IMG/VR virus record: IMGVR_UViG_3300018875_000004
Span: 32,184 to 96,183 of that record
Length of the DNA stretch: 64,000 nt
Reading direction: 5' to 3' (one strand)
Source of the DNA: a virus
In this document: positions 8,046-16,643 of the stretch, one piece after another
How positions within the stretch are numbered: position 1 is the first letter of the stretch
Layout of the letters: the number at the start of each line of letters is the position of its first letter
Notes under the pieces: generated by a model
The model's database searches: none
Seen by the model: the letters and a program-made list of their open reading frames with translations, nothing else
What the model was told of the DNA's origin: nothing
Program-made: the position numbers and the translations under genes

Positions 8046-8627
8046 TTATTGTTTGATTTGGTAGATGCCCAGGTGATCGGCGTCAACCAGTGTGAATTTG
8101 CCTTGACTTACGTTGTTGATGAAGTATTCCAGCTGCTGTCCGATGTATGGGATCATCTTGGATGTGTCAGCATCGGCTTCGCCCTCAGCGCGCATGATTA
8201 CTTCGCCACCCGGCAGGATGATTTTATGAACGCCGCCGTGGCCGCTTTCACATTCGACATAGAACAGTCGGAAGTCAATTCCGTCCAGGTCAATACGCTG
8301 TCTGCGGATCATCATGTTCAGGACTTTCTCGTTGTGCTTCTCGGTGTTGCAGATGGAACCTTCTTCATACAGGATGCAGCTGCGGCATTCCATGTTGGAA
8401 GAATTGAAGTTTCTGCATTTGAAGCACAGCGGGCATTCGTGGAAACGAATGCACTCGCCGTACACTTGATGTCTTGGCATATTCAGCGGATCTTCCTTGG
8501 ACAGAACCTTTCCTTTTGGCGCCTTAAAGGTCTCCTGCTTCATTTGACCGGCTTTGTATTGCTCAAGCATGTCTCTGCGATCGGTGGCCGATAAGTTGCC
8601 TTGGTAAGCTTTCTGTAAGAAATCCAT
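8046..8627 (-). CDS. Cys-rich hypothetical protein (possible Zn or Fe-S)
   Basis: C..F.ECPLCFKC...CRSC...C cluster. Confidence 0.75.
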   Translation of the reverse strand: MDFLQKAYQGNLSATDRRDMLEQYKAGQMKQETFKAPKGKVLSKEDPLNMPRHQVYGECIRFHECPLCFKCRNFNSSNMECRSCILYEEGSICNTEKHNEKVLNMMIRRQRIDLDGIDFRLFYVECESGHGGVHKIILPGGEVIMRAEGEADADTSKMIPYIGQQLEYFINNVSQGKFTLVDADHLGIYQIKQ

Positions 8628-8643
8628 CTGTGATATCCCCTTC

Positions 8644-9006
8644 TTATTCTTCTTCTTTGGCTTCTTCTGCTGGGTCTTCTACGCCCAGGCGGATCATGTC
8701 ATTCAGAGACAGCATCGAACGCTGGTTGGCTACATTCGGGTCTTTCTCGATGGCTTTCTCCGCTTCTTCGACTTTAACTTCGAGCCAAGAGATTTCGTCG
8801 GCCATGCCTTCGATAGTCTCCTGCAGGGCTTTCAGCTTCATCGGACGTTCGTCGTCGCGGTTCTTCTGCGGCGGATTGGTGGACATCTCGCGAGACATCT
8901 CACCGTATTCCTTTTGCAGCTTGCGGGACTGCATATCCAGATCTGTAATGCGGTCGTTCATGATGACGACCAGTTGTGCTGTTGTAAAGTGTTTTCCGAT
9001 TAACAT
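8644..9006 (-). CDS. Coiled-coil hypothetical protein (120 aa)
   Basis: AAGGAG RBS before MLIGK; heptad-like helices. Confidence 0.7.
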   Translation of the reverse strand: MLIGKHFTTAQLVVIMNDRITDLDMQSRKLQKEYGEMSREMSTNPPQKNRDDERPMKLKALQETIEGMADEISWLEVKVEEAEKAIEKDPNVANQRSMLSLNDMIRLGVEDPAEEAKEEE

Positions 9007-9017
9007 GGTAAGTCTCC

Positions 9018-10763
9018 TTATTTGTAGAATTTGATAACCAGGTTGTCGAGGTAAACCGGTATGCGGTTTGTCCAATCGATTTCCGGTTCTTCCAGAATGA
9101 ATGTGACGGCTTCGCTTGCTGGCGATACGATCGTGCCGGACTTAGCCGTCACCTGAACCAGGTACTCTTTGTCCTCGATCAGGTTGGAGAGGATCGCTTC
9201 ATTGACTCCCTCCACCTCAACACCAAGATAGATGCTATGGTTGAAGATGCGGAACTTGGCAGCTGGCCCGTCGTAATCCCACGTCAGCTTCACGCTGTTG
9301 TCGTCACGAACAATGGCCTTCACGTTGTACGGCGCCGGCAGCGCTTCTTCGAGTGCCTGATACATCTGCACATCGTAGATAATCCAGGATTGGTCGATCA
9401 TGCGTTGATCCCACGCTTCGCCGGTATCCGGGAACGTGACGATCGGAGACGCTGCAGTCAGGCGCCAGTAGCGAGCTATCGCGTTTACACTCAGGTCAAT
9501 GGATACCAGCGGCTGGCTATGGGTGCTGACGGACTCGACATACGTCCAGGTGTTGCCATCCTCAGACGTTTCAATCTCTACCAGATCCACGCCGTAGTCA
9601 GCGGATTGCAGGAAGGTAATGTTCCGCAGCCCGGTCGGAGCTTTCAAGTCAAAGCCAATCCAGGCCAGGCCGTCTACGTTACCGGCTTGCAGGGAACCCC
9701 ATGCGGTTACGCCGCTGTCATCAATTACATTCTTGGCATCCCATTCACCAGCAATGCCAAGCCGATCGCCGCTGCTGAATACCTCAGCGCCCGGTGTGAT
9801 ATCAATATCCGTGTCTGCCACCAACATACGAATGGTTGGAACAGCAGACTCTTGTCCAATCAGGTTGATGAATTGGATCGACTGCCCGGCATTGTAGTCC
9901 ACGATGAATTGCTTGCCGAAGTAGGTGATCGTCAGCTTGCCGGTACCGTTGCCGGAAATCGTCAGCTTGGATGCAGGCAGGAAGCCGTTGTTCTGGTAGA
10001 ACATATCCCTTGTCAGCGTGACGCCCAGTGGAATCTTCACGGCGTGAGCCGGGCTGTCGCCCTCGTTCGTGTAAAGCATGTTGTCCTTCTGGAAGTCGAA
10101 GCGTCCTACGCCATCGATATTCAGCCAGAAGATGGAGTCAGCCACCGGTATCACATTGCGCGGTGCGATATTCATCTCCACGGAGAATGCGGTGTACGCA
10201 TCGATCTCCTGCGGCAGCACCTGCTTGAATCCCTTGAGCTGATACATCAGTCGCTCGCTGTTGTATTCGGCCGTATCAGAGCTGAATCCAATCGGGTATT
10301 CCGGTGTAGCGAACGTGGTGTAAACCAGCGTCTGCGTCAACACAGGTGGCTGGTATTCTTGCTCCAGCATCGCCAGGTTGTTTGCTTTCAGCTCGGCATT
10401 ATAAGTCGGCGTGACGTGGTAGATGTCTTCGCCCAGCGGATTCGTAATGGCCGTCTTGCTGATCAAGCCGACGATGACATCCTGGGATACGTCCTTGTTG
10501 TTTTTCACATGGAATACCCATTTGTTCTGTTCTGCAATGCGGATACGCTGCAGATCGACATCGTGACTGGTGTTGCCTGCTGGGAAGACGAATGTGCCGG
10601 TTTTGGATTCCGTCCGGACGCTTTCGTTATCGATCAGCTCGGTAACTCTGGCAATAAAGATCATCTCAATATCTCCATTATCCCGAGCCTTGTAGCTTTG
10701 CACTTCGAAGGAAAACTCGATTCGATGTGACTTGTCTTGGTTGAAGAAGTATGCGTATTTCAT
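9018..10763 (-). CDS. Discoidin (F5/8C) and fibronectin type III domain protein
   Basis: AWIGFDL..IETSEDGNTWT..ARYWRL (discoidin); PAPYNVKA..SVKLTW..LSNLIEDKEYLVQVTA (FN3); no signal peptide. Confidence 0.75.
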   Translation of the reverse strand: MKYAYFFNQDKSHRIEFSFEVQSYKARDNGDIEMIFIARVTELIDNESVRTESKTGTFVFPAGNTSHDVDLQRIRIAEQNKWVFHVKNNKDVSQDVIVGLISKTAITNPLGEDIYHVTPTYNAELKANNLAMLEQEYQPPVLTQTLVYTTFATPEYPIGFSSDTAEYNSERLMYQLKGFKQVLPQEIDAYTAFSVEMNIAPRNVIPVADSIFWLNIDGVGRFDFQKDNMLYTNEGDSPAHAVKIPLGVTLTRDMFYQNNGFLPASKLTISGNGTGKLTITYFGKQFIVDYNAGQSIQFINLIGQESAVPTIRMLVADTDIDITPGAEVFSSGDRLGIAGEWDAKNVIDDSGVTAWGSLQAGNVDGLAWIGFDLKAPTGLRNITFLQSADYGVDLVEIETSEDGNTWTYVESVSTHSQPLVSIDLSVNAIARYWRLTAASPIVTFPDTGEAWDQRMIDQSWIIYDVQMYQALEEALPAPYNVKAIVRDDNSVKLTWDYDGPAAKFRIFNHSIYLGVEVEGVNEAILSNLIEDKEYLVQVTAKSGTIVSPASEAVTFILEEPEIDWTNRIPVYLDNLVIKFYK

Positions 10764-11285
10764 TTACTTGGTGCCTCCCTTCGTCAGCGTGATCTTGAGC
10801 TGGGAGCTGTCTTTCCACGAAGAAAGGGAAGTCCCGATGATCGCTTCCGCGCTGCCGTCTGGCTTGAGTGTGAGCCCCTGTGACTGTTCATCAAACTCAG
10901 CATTTGCTCGCAGTCCGAACAGCAGGGCAACGAATCCGCCTTGGTCAATCTCAATCTCCGACAAGGCAACCATATGGGCTTGTCCGTCCTCGATCATCTG
11001 GAGGTTGCGCTCTTTCAGCAGCTGCAGATTGCGATAGACATTCAGCTTGATGGATTCAAGGCGATTAAGCCGCCCTTCAACCACACGCTTCTTCTCCAGG
11101 TCACGCATGGCGCGTGCTGTCTCGGCTTCATCGACCACCGATTCCGTCAGCTTGTCCCATTCGGCTTCATACAAAGCAATCGCGCTTTCGAGTCTGATCT
11201 TTTGCGTAATGTCCTGCTGCAGATACGTCCGCAGATAGTTACGGTTCTGATCCGGGGTGTTGGCCATAATTCTGATTTGGTCCAC
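10764..11285 (-). CDS. Coiled-coil hypothetical protein
   Basis: AAGGAGG RBS; abuts the next gene. Confidence 0.75.
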   Translation of the reverse strand: MDQIRIMANTPDQNRNYLRTYLQQDITQKIRLESAIALYEAEWDKLTESVVDEAETARAMRDLEKKRVVEGRLNRLESIKLNVYRNLQLLKERNLQMIEDGQAHMVALSEIEIDQGGFVALLFGLRANAEFDEQSQGLTLKPDGSAEAIIGTSLSSWKDSSQLKITLTKGGTK

Positions 11286-11297
11286 TTGGGTACCTCC

Positions 11298-12419
11298 TTA
11301 GCTTTGGTGAATCTTCGAGAGGAAGCGGCGCTGAGCTTCATCTTCAGCTTGGATGAACAGGGAGTAGTCCGGGATGAAGTTAAAGAATTTAGTGCTCTTC
11401 ATGGAAGCGTGTTTGTTCTTGGCGAACTTCACTTCCGCGACCGGCATCTTCTTATCTTCGTCTTCGTCCAGCCAGTAGATCTCGGCTGTCTCTTCTTTGA
11501 TACCGACCTCGTTGTACATCAGACATACCATGGTGGCTTCGTAGCGCAGCGTGATGGTGTCTTTCAAGTCATCCTCGATTGGACGTTTGCCGTTCGTTTT
11601 ACGCAAGTGAACGGTACACATAACGACTGCATTGTAAGCTGTAGACCATTTCTTAATAGCCTTCGCTACGTAGGCATTCTTGTCATCGGAGTTACTGAAC
11701 TGCTTGTCTTCGACCGTCAAGTCATTGAAAGAGTCAATCGCAATAACGATACGAACGCCTTCTTGCATAGTCATGATAATGTCTTTGATGTGCTGCTCGA
11801 TCGCTTCAACGCTGGTCATTTCATTGGAGTCAAACATCCCGAAGCGGTCTACCCTGCGATACAGGTTCTTGATCCCTTCATTCCGTTTCTCCATAATCTC
11901 TGGCTGATCCTCGTACTTCGCCGGAGACTTCGCCTGACCAATCGTAATCTGCTGGTCGTTGGCAATATAGCGCGGCATCAAGTCATTGTTGGCATCATCC
12001 AGTGAATGATATGACACATAAACGTTGTCGTTGAGTTCGGACATTCCCTTACATACCTGCAGCATGTACGCCGATTTACCGACGTTTGGTGCTGCGCCGA
12101 ACAGAATCAAGCCCGGCTGCGCTCCGCCCTCAAAGGCGTCATCGAAGGCTTGTAGCCCCGATTTTAATCCCCCGTCTTTCCCTCTGGCCCAGGAGTGAGC
12201 GTCTACGTTCATAATGTTGCGGACCATCTTCTGCTCGATCATATTGAGCGGACGCCCGAGAATACCTTCTGCATTCTGAACGACGACCTTTTTACGGGTT
12301 TCCTCGTCGGTGCCGAATGCGTTCGGGTCTTCGGCCATTTGGCGCTCGACCTGGTTCATGATAGCGCTAAAGTCAAATTGTCCTGGTTGTATGTGATCGT
12401 TCATAGCTGCTCCCTTCAT
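11298..12419 (-). CDS. DnaB-like (SF4) replicative helicase
   Basis: Walker A GAAPNVGKS, IAIDS, RP..DDLKDT..LRYEA and KNK motifs; start may be 12404. Confidence 0.88.
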   Translation of the reverse strand: MKGAAMNDHIQPGQFDFSAIMNQVERQMAEDPNAFGTDEETRKKVVVQNAEGILGRPLNMIEQKMVRNIMNVDAHSWARGKDGGLKSGLQAFDDAFEGGAQPGLILFGAAPNVGKSAYMLQVCKGMSELNDNVYVSYHSLDDANNDLMPRYIANDQQITIGQAKSPAKYEDQPEIMEKRNEGIKNLYRRVDRFGMFDSNEMTSVEAIEQHIKDIIMTMQEGVRIVIAIDSFNDLTVEDKQFSNSDDKNAYVAKAIKKWSTAYNAVVMCTVHLRKTNGKRPIEDDLKDTITLRYEATMVCLMYNEVGIKEETAEIYWLDEDEDKKMPVAEVKFAKNKHASMKSTKFFNFIPDYSLFIQAEDEAQRRFLSKIHQS

Positions 12420-12587
12420 TACGGCGTTTCTCTCCCCCGTGTAATACCAACGAAACGAGTCGCAGGCATTACACAGAGGATGAAGCCTCTGTGTGTTGTG
12501 TTGGAGGTGTGAGTTTCGGGCAGGGTCCTAAGCTGCCCCTTACAGGGTTACATAAGATTAATTATGTCAAACCCTCTAAGGGATCGC

Positions 12588-13688
12588 TTAGGACTTCTGC
12601 TCTTCACCCTCTGGTTTCTTGTTCAGCTCTTTATTGAAGAGCGGACACTTATCTTTATCGCATACGCCGCTGAGTCTTGCGAAAGCTTCGCAGCCGTATC
12701 GGTATTGTCCGTTGTAAACGGAGTTGACGATGATCTCCATATCCCGCTTGGATAAACGCGGACTGCAGTTCTCTTCACCCCATACAATCATTCGTGCCAT
12801 TGCTTCGTCTCGCGGCATGCCCTGCTGCATATAGAAGCTGGCAAGTGCGGTGCCGGAGTTATTTCGCTCGTCGATCGTCTCTCTGAAAGTACGCTCGATC
12901 ATGGTCTTAATGCACGGCGGCAAGGCTTCCAGCTTCTTGATCTTGCCTTGATATTCGGTAGCCCGATTATTCCGTTCCGTCCATTTTTGAATATATTTCT
13001 CCAGTGCGATCTTTGCTCGGTTCGAAGGAATCAGTGGCGCCGGCTGTATGAACCTTGGCTCTTTCGCCAGCGCTCTGACTTCTTCCAGCGAACACTTTCT
13101 TAGTTCTTCCTGGGTAATCGGCACTTTGAAATAGCCGCCCTTTTTGTTGAATGAATTGACCATGCGGAACATCCGCTTGTCATCATAGATGGCTGTATCC
13201 ATCGTATCGAAGAGGGTGTATTTCGATATGTCCAGCGCGATCTCTCGGTAAATCTGGTTGAGGGAAACGTGCGGATTCAGCCCCAGTACGTGACCGCTGA
13301 CGGTCAAGTGAATCCCTTTGTGTCCGGAATAGAATACGTTGATTTGATCCGGCTCAATCGACAGAATGTTTTTCAGGTAGCGGAAGGCGATGTATACGTC
13401 ATGTCGCAGCTTGTTGTAGTCATCTTCGCTTTCCAGCGGCCGATCAAAGTCCAGGTAGAGGTCGCCCCACTTCAAGGCGTCTCTGGCATTCAGAACCCAT
13501 TTACCGCGCTCATTCTGGAAGAACTCCGGATTGATGTACTGCATAACCGTTTCGTAAACGCCAATGTTTCCGTAGTGATTGCGGAACTTGACTGTTTCCG
13601 AAGGGTGCATATAATGTTTGCGTGTGAATGGGAACTTCTCCGAATTGGTGTCCGCTCCGCATTCCACAAAGAGTTGGAAACTGCTCAC
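12588..13688 (-). CDS. Archaeo-eukaryotic primase with a C-terminal PriL/PriCT-like Cys domain
   Basis: AEP motifs DLYLDFD, SGHKGIH and YDDKRMFR; C-terminal LPPCI...RNN..LAS...YGC...C....CP. Confidence 0.85.
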   Translation of the reverse strand: MSSFQLFVECGADTNSEKFPFTRKHYMHPSETVKFRNHYGNIGVYETVMQYINPEFFQNERGKWVLNARDALKWGDLYLDFDRPLESEDDYNKLRHDVYIAFRYLKNILSIEPDQINVFYSGHKGIHLTVSGHVLGLNPHVSLNQIYREIALDISKYTLFDTMDTAIYDDKRMFRMVNSFNKKGGYFKVPITQEELRKCSLEEVRALAKEPRFIQPAPLIPSNRAKIALEKYIQKWTERNNRATEYQGKIKKLEALPPCIKTMIERTFRETIDERNNSGTALASFYMQQGMPRDEAMARMIVWGEENCSPRLSKRDMEIIVNSVYNGQYRYGCEAFARLSGVCDKDKCPLFNKELNKKPEGEEQKS

Positions 13689-14368
13689 TGCGTGATCACC
13701 TGTTTTCGTATCACTCGGTTGATTCCATGCAGCTGGTGGATATTCTTTTTCGCAAGGATGTATTCTCTTGCTTCTTCCATATATTTTTCAATATCAAAAG
13801 CATTTCGTAGAAGGCTTCGGGATTGAGTAAGCCGGGCTTTCTTCGCCACATCAATCGCAAAAAGAATTTCATCCAGATCATAGACGCCGAGTAAGTAATT
13901 GAATTTGCCTTCGTCTTGCTTAATCATGTGTGGATTGCTCTCGATGTTCATTTTCTCGTACCAATATTGCAGCAGCTCGTCCATCGTGAAGCGTTTCTTC
14001 ATCTCAAGGAAGAAGGGTTCCACTTCCTGAATGTATTTTCCGTCCACTTTACGCATCTTTGGTGGCGGCGGTACTTCCCGCAGCCGGTTGTGATAGTAAA
14101 AGATGTCCGGGTTCATAATGTTCTTCGGCGGCTTCTTGTTATCGAATATCTCTTCAAGCATGTAAACGCGTTTGACCATTTCCGGGTATAGGCGGGCAAA
14201 CTCTTCGATCTCTGCTTGAATTTCTTCCAGCTCCCATCCGGCTGCGACCAGTTTCTTGATCGATGCCGTGTTCGTCCGGATGCGGCTGTCGGATCCCTGA
14301 TAAGGAATACCGACGACCGTACAAACGAACCAGCCTGCGAGCTGATAGATGATTTGATCTTCGTTCAT
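13685..14368 (-). CDS. Hypothetical replication-module protein
   Basis: Translationally coupled to both the recombinase and the primase. Confidence 0.75.
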   Translation of the reverse strand: MNEDQIIYQLAGWFVCTVVGIPYQGSDSRIRTNTASIKKLVAAGWELEEIQAEIEEFARLYPEMVKRVYMLEEIFDNKKPPKNIMNPDIFYYHNRLREVPPPPKMRKVDGKYIQEVEPFFLEMKKRFTMDELLQYWYEKMNIESNPHMIKQDEGKFNYLLGVYDLDEILFAIDVAKKARLTQSRSLLRNAFDIEKYMEEAREYILAKKNIHQLHGINRVIRKQVITQ

Positions 14369-15678
14369 TACGCTGCAAACTTCTCCAGGAAGATATTGAA
14401 CTCAGCCAGATTGCCCGGAACAAGATCGGCTGGAATAGCATCGTCTTTCTTCAAGAAATCTCTCAGGTAAGGCAAGATGTCGTTATCAGTTTTGATGCCG
14501 AGACGCGCCCGATGCTGGTGGATTTTCTGAATTTCGATTTGATCCCACTGTGCCGGAATGGCGCTTGGCTTCGGCTCTTCAGGAGAAGGAGCTGCAGCAG
14601 GTTGTTGTTGCTGGGTTTGGACCGGCGCGCCAACTGGTTGTGCAGGTTCAGCCTGGAATGCTTGCGGCGTTGCCTCCGCTTGCGGAGTTGCCTGGAATGG
14701 CTGCTCCTGCGCACTCACGGGTTGCTGGGGCATATTACGCTGATCCCACGCATTGGCTGCTGGTGTGTTTGGCTCATGAGGGTTGAATGGAAACTGATCC
14801 TCATGCAGCTCTGGCGCTTGGTTAAAAGTCCCGTTTGCCTCGTTATTCATATCCTGCGCCCAGTTGCCTTGCTGCTGCGGCTGACCGAAAGGTTGCTGCC
14901 CGGCAAAGCCTTGCTGTGGCTGCTGGAATTGCTGCTGTTGTTCAGGTGTTGGCTGGAAGTACGATTGCTGCTGGTTCGGATCAACGTAAGGCTGACCGAA
15001 TGTCTGCTGCGGCTGTGCGTACTGTTCTTGCGGAGCTTGGAAACCGCCTTGAGGTTGACCGTAGCTTTGTTGCTGGCCGTATCCTTGTTGCGGCTGGAAG
15101 CCTTGCTGCTGCTGGAAACCTTGTTGCTGATCGTATTGCGGCTGCTGCTGGAATTGATACTGTCCGCTCTGCTGCATTTGATCGTATTGGTTCTGCTCGT
15201 AATCAGCTTCTGTTTCTACTTTGATTTTGGAGTAGATGGATTCCCCTACACCAAATAAGGATGCAGCTTTCACAAGCACGTTGGATGCTGCTGCTTTATA
15301 TGCGCTGTCTTGGTTGTCTTTACCGCCGATGGCGATCTTGCAGCCGTACTGCTCACGATGGCCAAGGCCTGGAATAAAGAGATAACCGCGGACGTGATAA
15401 ACGTAACCATCGAACAACCATGTTTTCGTATTGTCCTTATCGAACTTGTAGACTTCTTCTTTCCATTGCTCAATCAATCCGAAGTCCCAGTACGTCATAC
15501 CAGATACGGCGTTGTCCAGAATCTGACGAACCGTGTTGACGCCCATGTATTTACCGCCCGGCTTGCCTTTACCGCCTGGCTTCGTTTCCAGCCATTCATC
15601 CTTACATTCCTTCAAGCTATCGCGGATCTTTTTAATCTGATCCAGCTCGGGAAGGTACTTTTCAATTGTCGCTCTCAT
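14368..15678 (-). CDS. Sak/Rad52-like single-strand annealing protein with a long Q/P/G-rich linker
   Basis: GKYMGVNTVRQILD..WDF..AYKAAASNVLVKAASLFGVGESIY; AGGAGG RBS before MRATIEK at 15678. Confidence 0.8.
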   Translation of the reverse strand: MRATIEKYLPELDQIKKIRDSLKECKDEWLETKPGGKGKPGGKYMGVNTVRQILDNAVSGMTYWDFGLIEQWKEEVYKFDKDNTKTWLFDGYVYHVRGYLFIPGLGHREQYGCKIAIGGKDNQDSAYKAAASNVLVKAASLFGVGESIYSKIKVETEADYEQNQYDQMQQSGQYQFQQQPQYDQQQGFQQQQGFQPQQGYGQQQSYGQPQGGFQAPQEQYAQPQQTFGQPYVDPNQQQSYFQPTPEQQQQFQQPQQGFAGQQPFGQPQQQGNWAQDMNNEANGTFNQAPELHEDQFPFNPHEPNTPAANAWDQRNMPQQPVSAQEQPFQATPQAEATPQAFQAEPAQPVGAPVQTQQQQPAAAPSPEEPKPSAIPAQWDQIEIQKIHQHRARLGIKTDNDILPYLRDFLKKDDAIPADLVPGNLAEFNIFLEKFAA

Positions 15679-15747
15679 ATGTTGCCTCCTGTTTGCTGAC
15701 TGCTTTCTTATTATAGTCTTCAAAGTAAATTGAAGCAATACTCAAAA

Positions 15748-15795
15748 TGTAACACGTTACATTCTTAATATAGCATGCTATTTACTTGCGTTCAA
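15748..15795 (-). promoter_or_regulatory. sigmaA promoter TTGAAC-N17-TATATT with the palindromic operator TGTAACGTGTTACA at the start site
   Basis: -35 at 15790-15795, extended -10 at 15767-15772, palindrome at 15748-15761. Confidence 0.75.
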
Positions 15796-15806
15796 GAGCA
15801 AATACG

Positions 15807-15852
15807 AAAAAACGCAAGCTATTGGGAGAAAACCCGAGATAGCTTGCGTTTT
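15807..15852. terminator. Bidirectional intrinsic terminator ending the structural/lysis operon
   Basis: AAAACGCAAGCTAT...ATAGCTTGCGTTTT inverted repeat. Confidence 0.85.
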
Positions 15853-15862
15853 ATTGGTTTTA

Positions 15863-16129
15863 TTAAGCTGTCTGCTTTTTAAAGGTGCCGACAAGGTTGT
15901 GGAACGAAACCGCGATGTCGATGGTGATGGCTGCGACCTTCAGCACGAATGCTTTATCGACCGTCAGGTTGAGCGTTGCGGCGAGTTCGGCATACGTCTG
16001 ACCGACTGTATCCAGAACCGCTTGTTTCTTCGCTTCACCGTTGCCTTCGGTTTCAAACAGTCCGACGAGTGTAAATACCAGCTGTACGATCGCTGGTGTC
16101 AGTGCCAGGTATTGCAGTGCCTTTTTCAT
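15863..16129 (-). CDS. Small holin-associated membrane/amphipathic protein
   Basis: 88 aa, hydrophobic helices, ATGA-coupled to the holin. Confidence 0.7.
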   Translation of the reverse strand: MKKALQYLALTPAIVQLVFTLVGLFETEGNGEAKKQAVLDTVGQTYAELAATLNLTVDKAFVLKVAAITIDIAVSFHNLVGTFKKQTA

Positions 16130-16629
16130 TCTTGTTTGTCCTCCTGTTTGGTGTCGTTCTTTTGCGAACGATTTGTTTTATTTTCAATCTCTGACTGGAC
16201 AAACGTGATCACGCTGTTGGGAATCCATTTCTCCCAGCCTGCGCGAACGGAGTTTGCTGTCAAGCTATTGAATGTGTGGAAGATAAGTCCTGATGTGACA
16301 AAGTAAAAGACAACGCCGGGGGTGTGCAGGACGTAATCGAGCATGTTGGCTGCTGCCGGAAAGCACAGGATAAACAGGGTTCTCAGTACACCGTTAATCC
16401 CATATTCAGAACTGTACGATCCGTCTTTCTTGGAAGCAGCAATGCCGCTGATCCAATCCATAAAGATGAAGAATGCGTACACGCCAATCATGAGTTTTCG
16501 ATCCTCTCCACCGCCATAGACCAGTTCAATCACGCTTCCGGAAATAGCACCGAGGGTTGCGAACACGGCATGGCCGGTTGTATTAATATTGTCCAGCGAA
16601 AGCGTCTTGGTAAATGCGAAGCGGTTCAT
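16126..16629 (-). CDS. Phage holin (TcdE / holin family 4-like)
   Basis: DWISGIAAS..SSEYGINGVLR..LD..SLTANSVRAG..IP pattern; GAGGTG RBS before MNRFAF. Confidence 0.85.
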   Translation of the reverse strand: MNRFAFTKTLSLDNINTTGHAVFATLGAISGSVIELVYGGGEDRKLMIGVYAFFIFMDWISGIAASKKDGSYSSEYGINGVLRTLFILCFPAAANMLDYVLHTPGVVFYFVTSGLIFHTFNSLTANSVRAGWEKWIPNSVITFVQSEIENKTNRSQKNDTKQEDKQE

Positions 16630-16643
16630 CGGTTTCACCTCTC

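Noticed and set aside
14860-15190. CRISPR array or non-coding tandem repeat
   Set aside because: These are imperfect codon-level repeats within the Q-rich coding region. The G/P-rich stretch at 26550-26730 is likewise coding.
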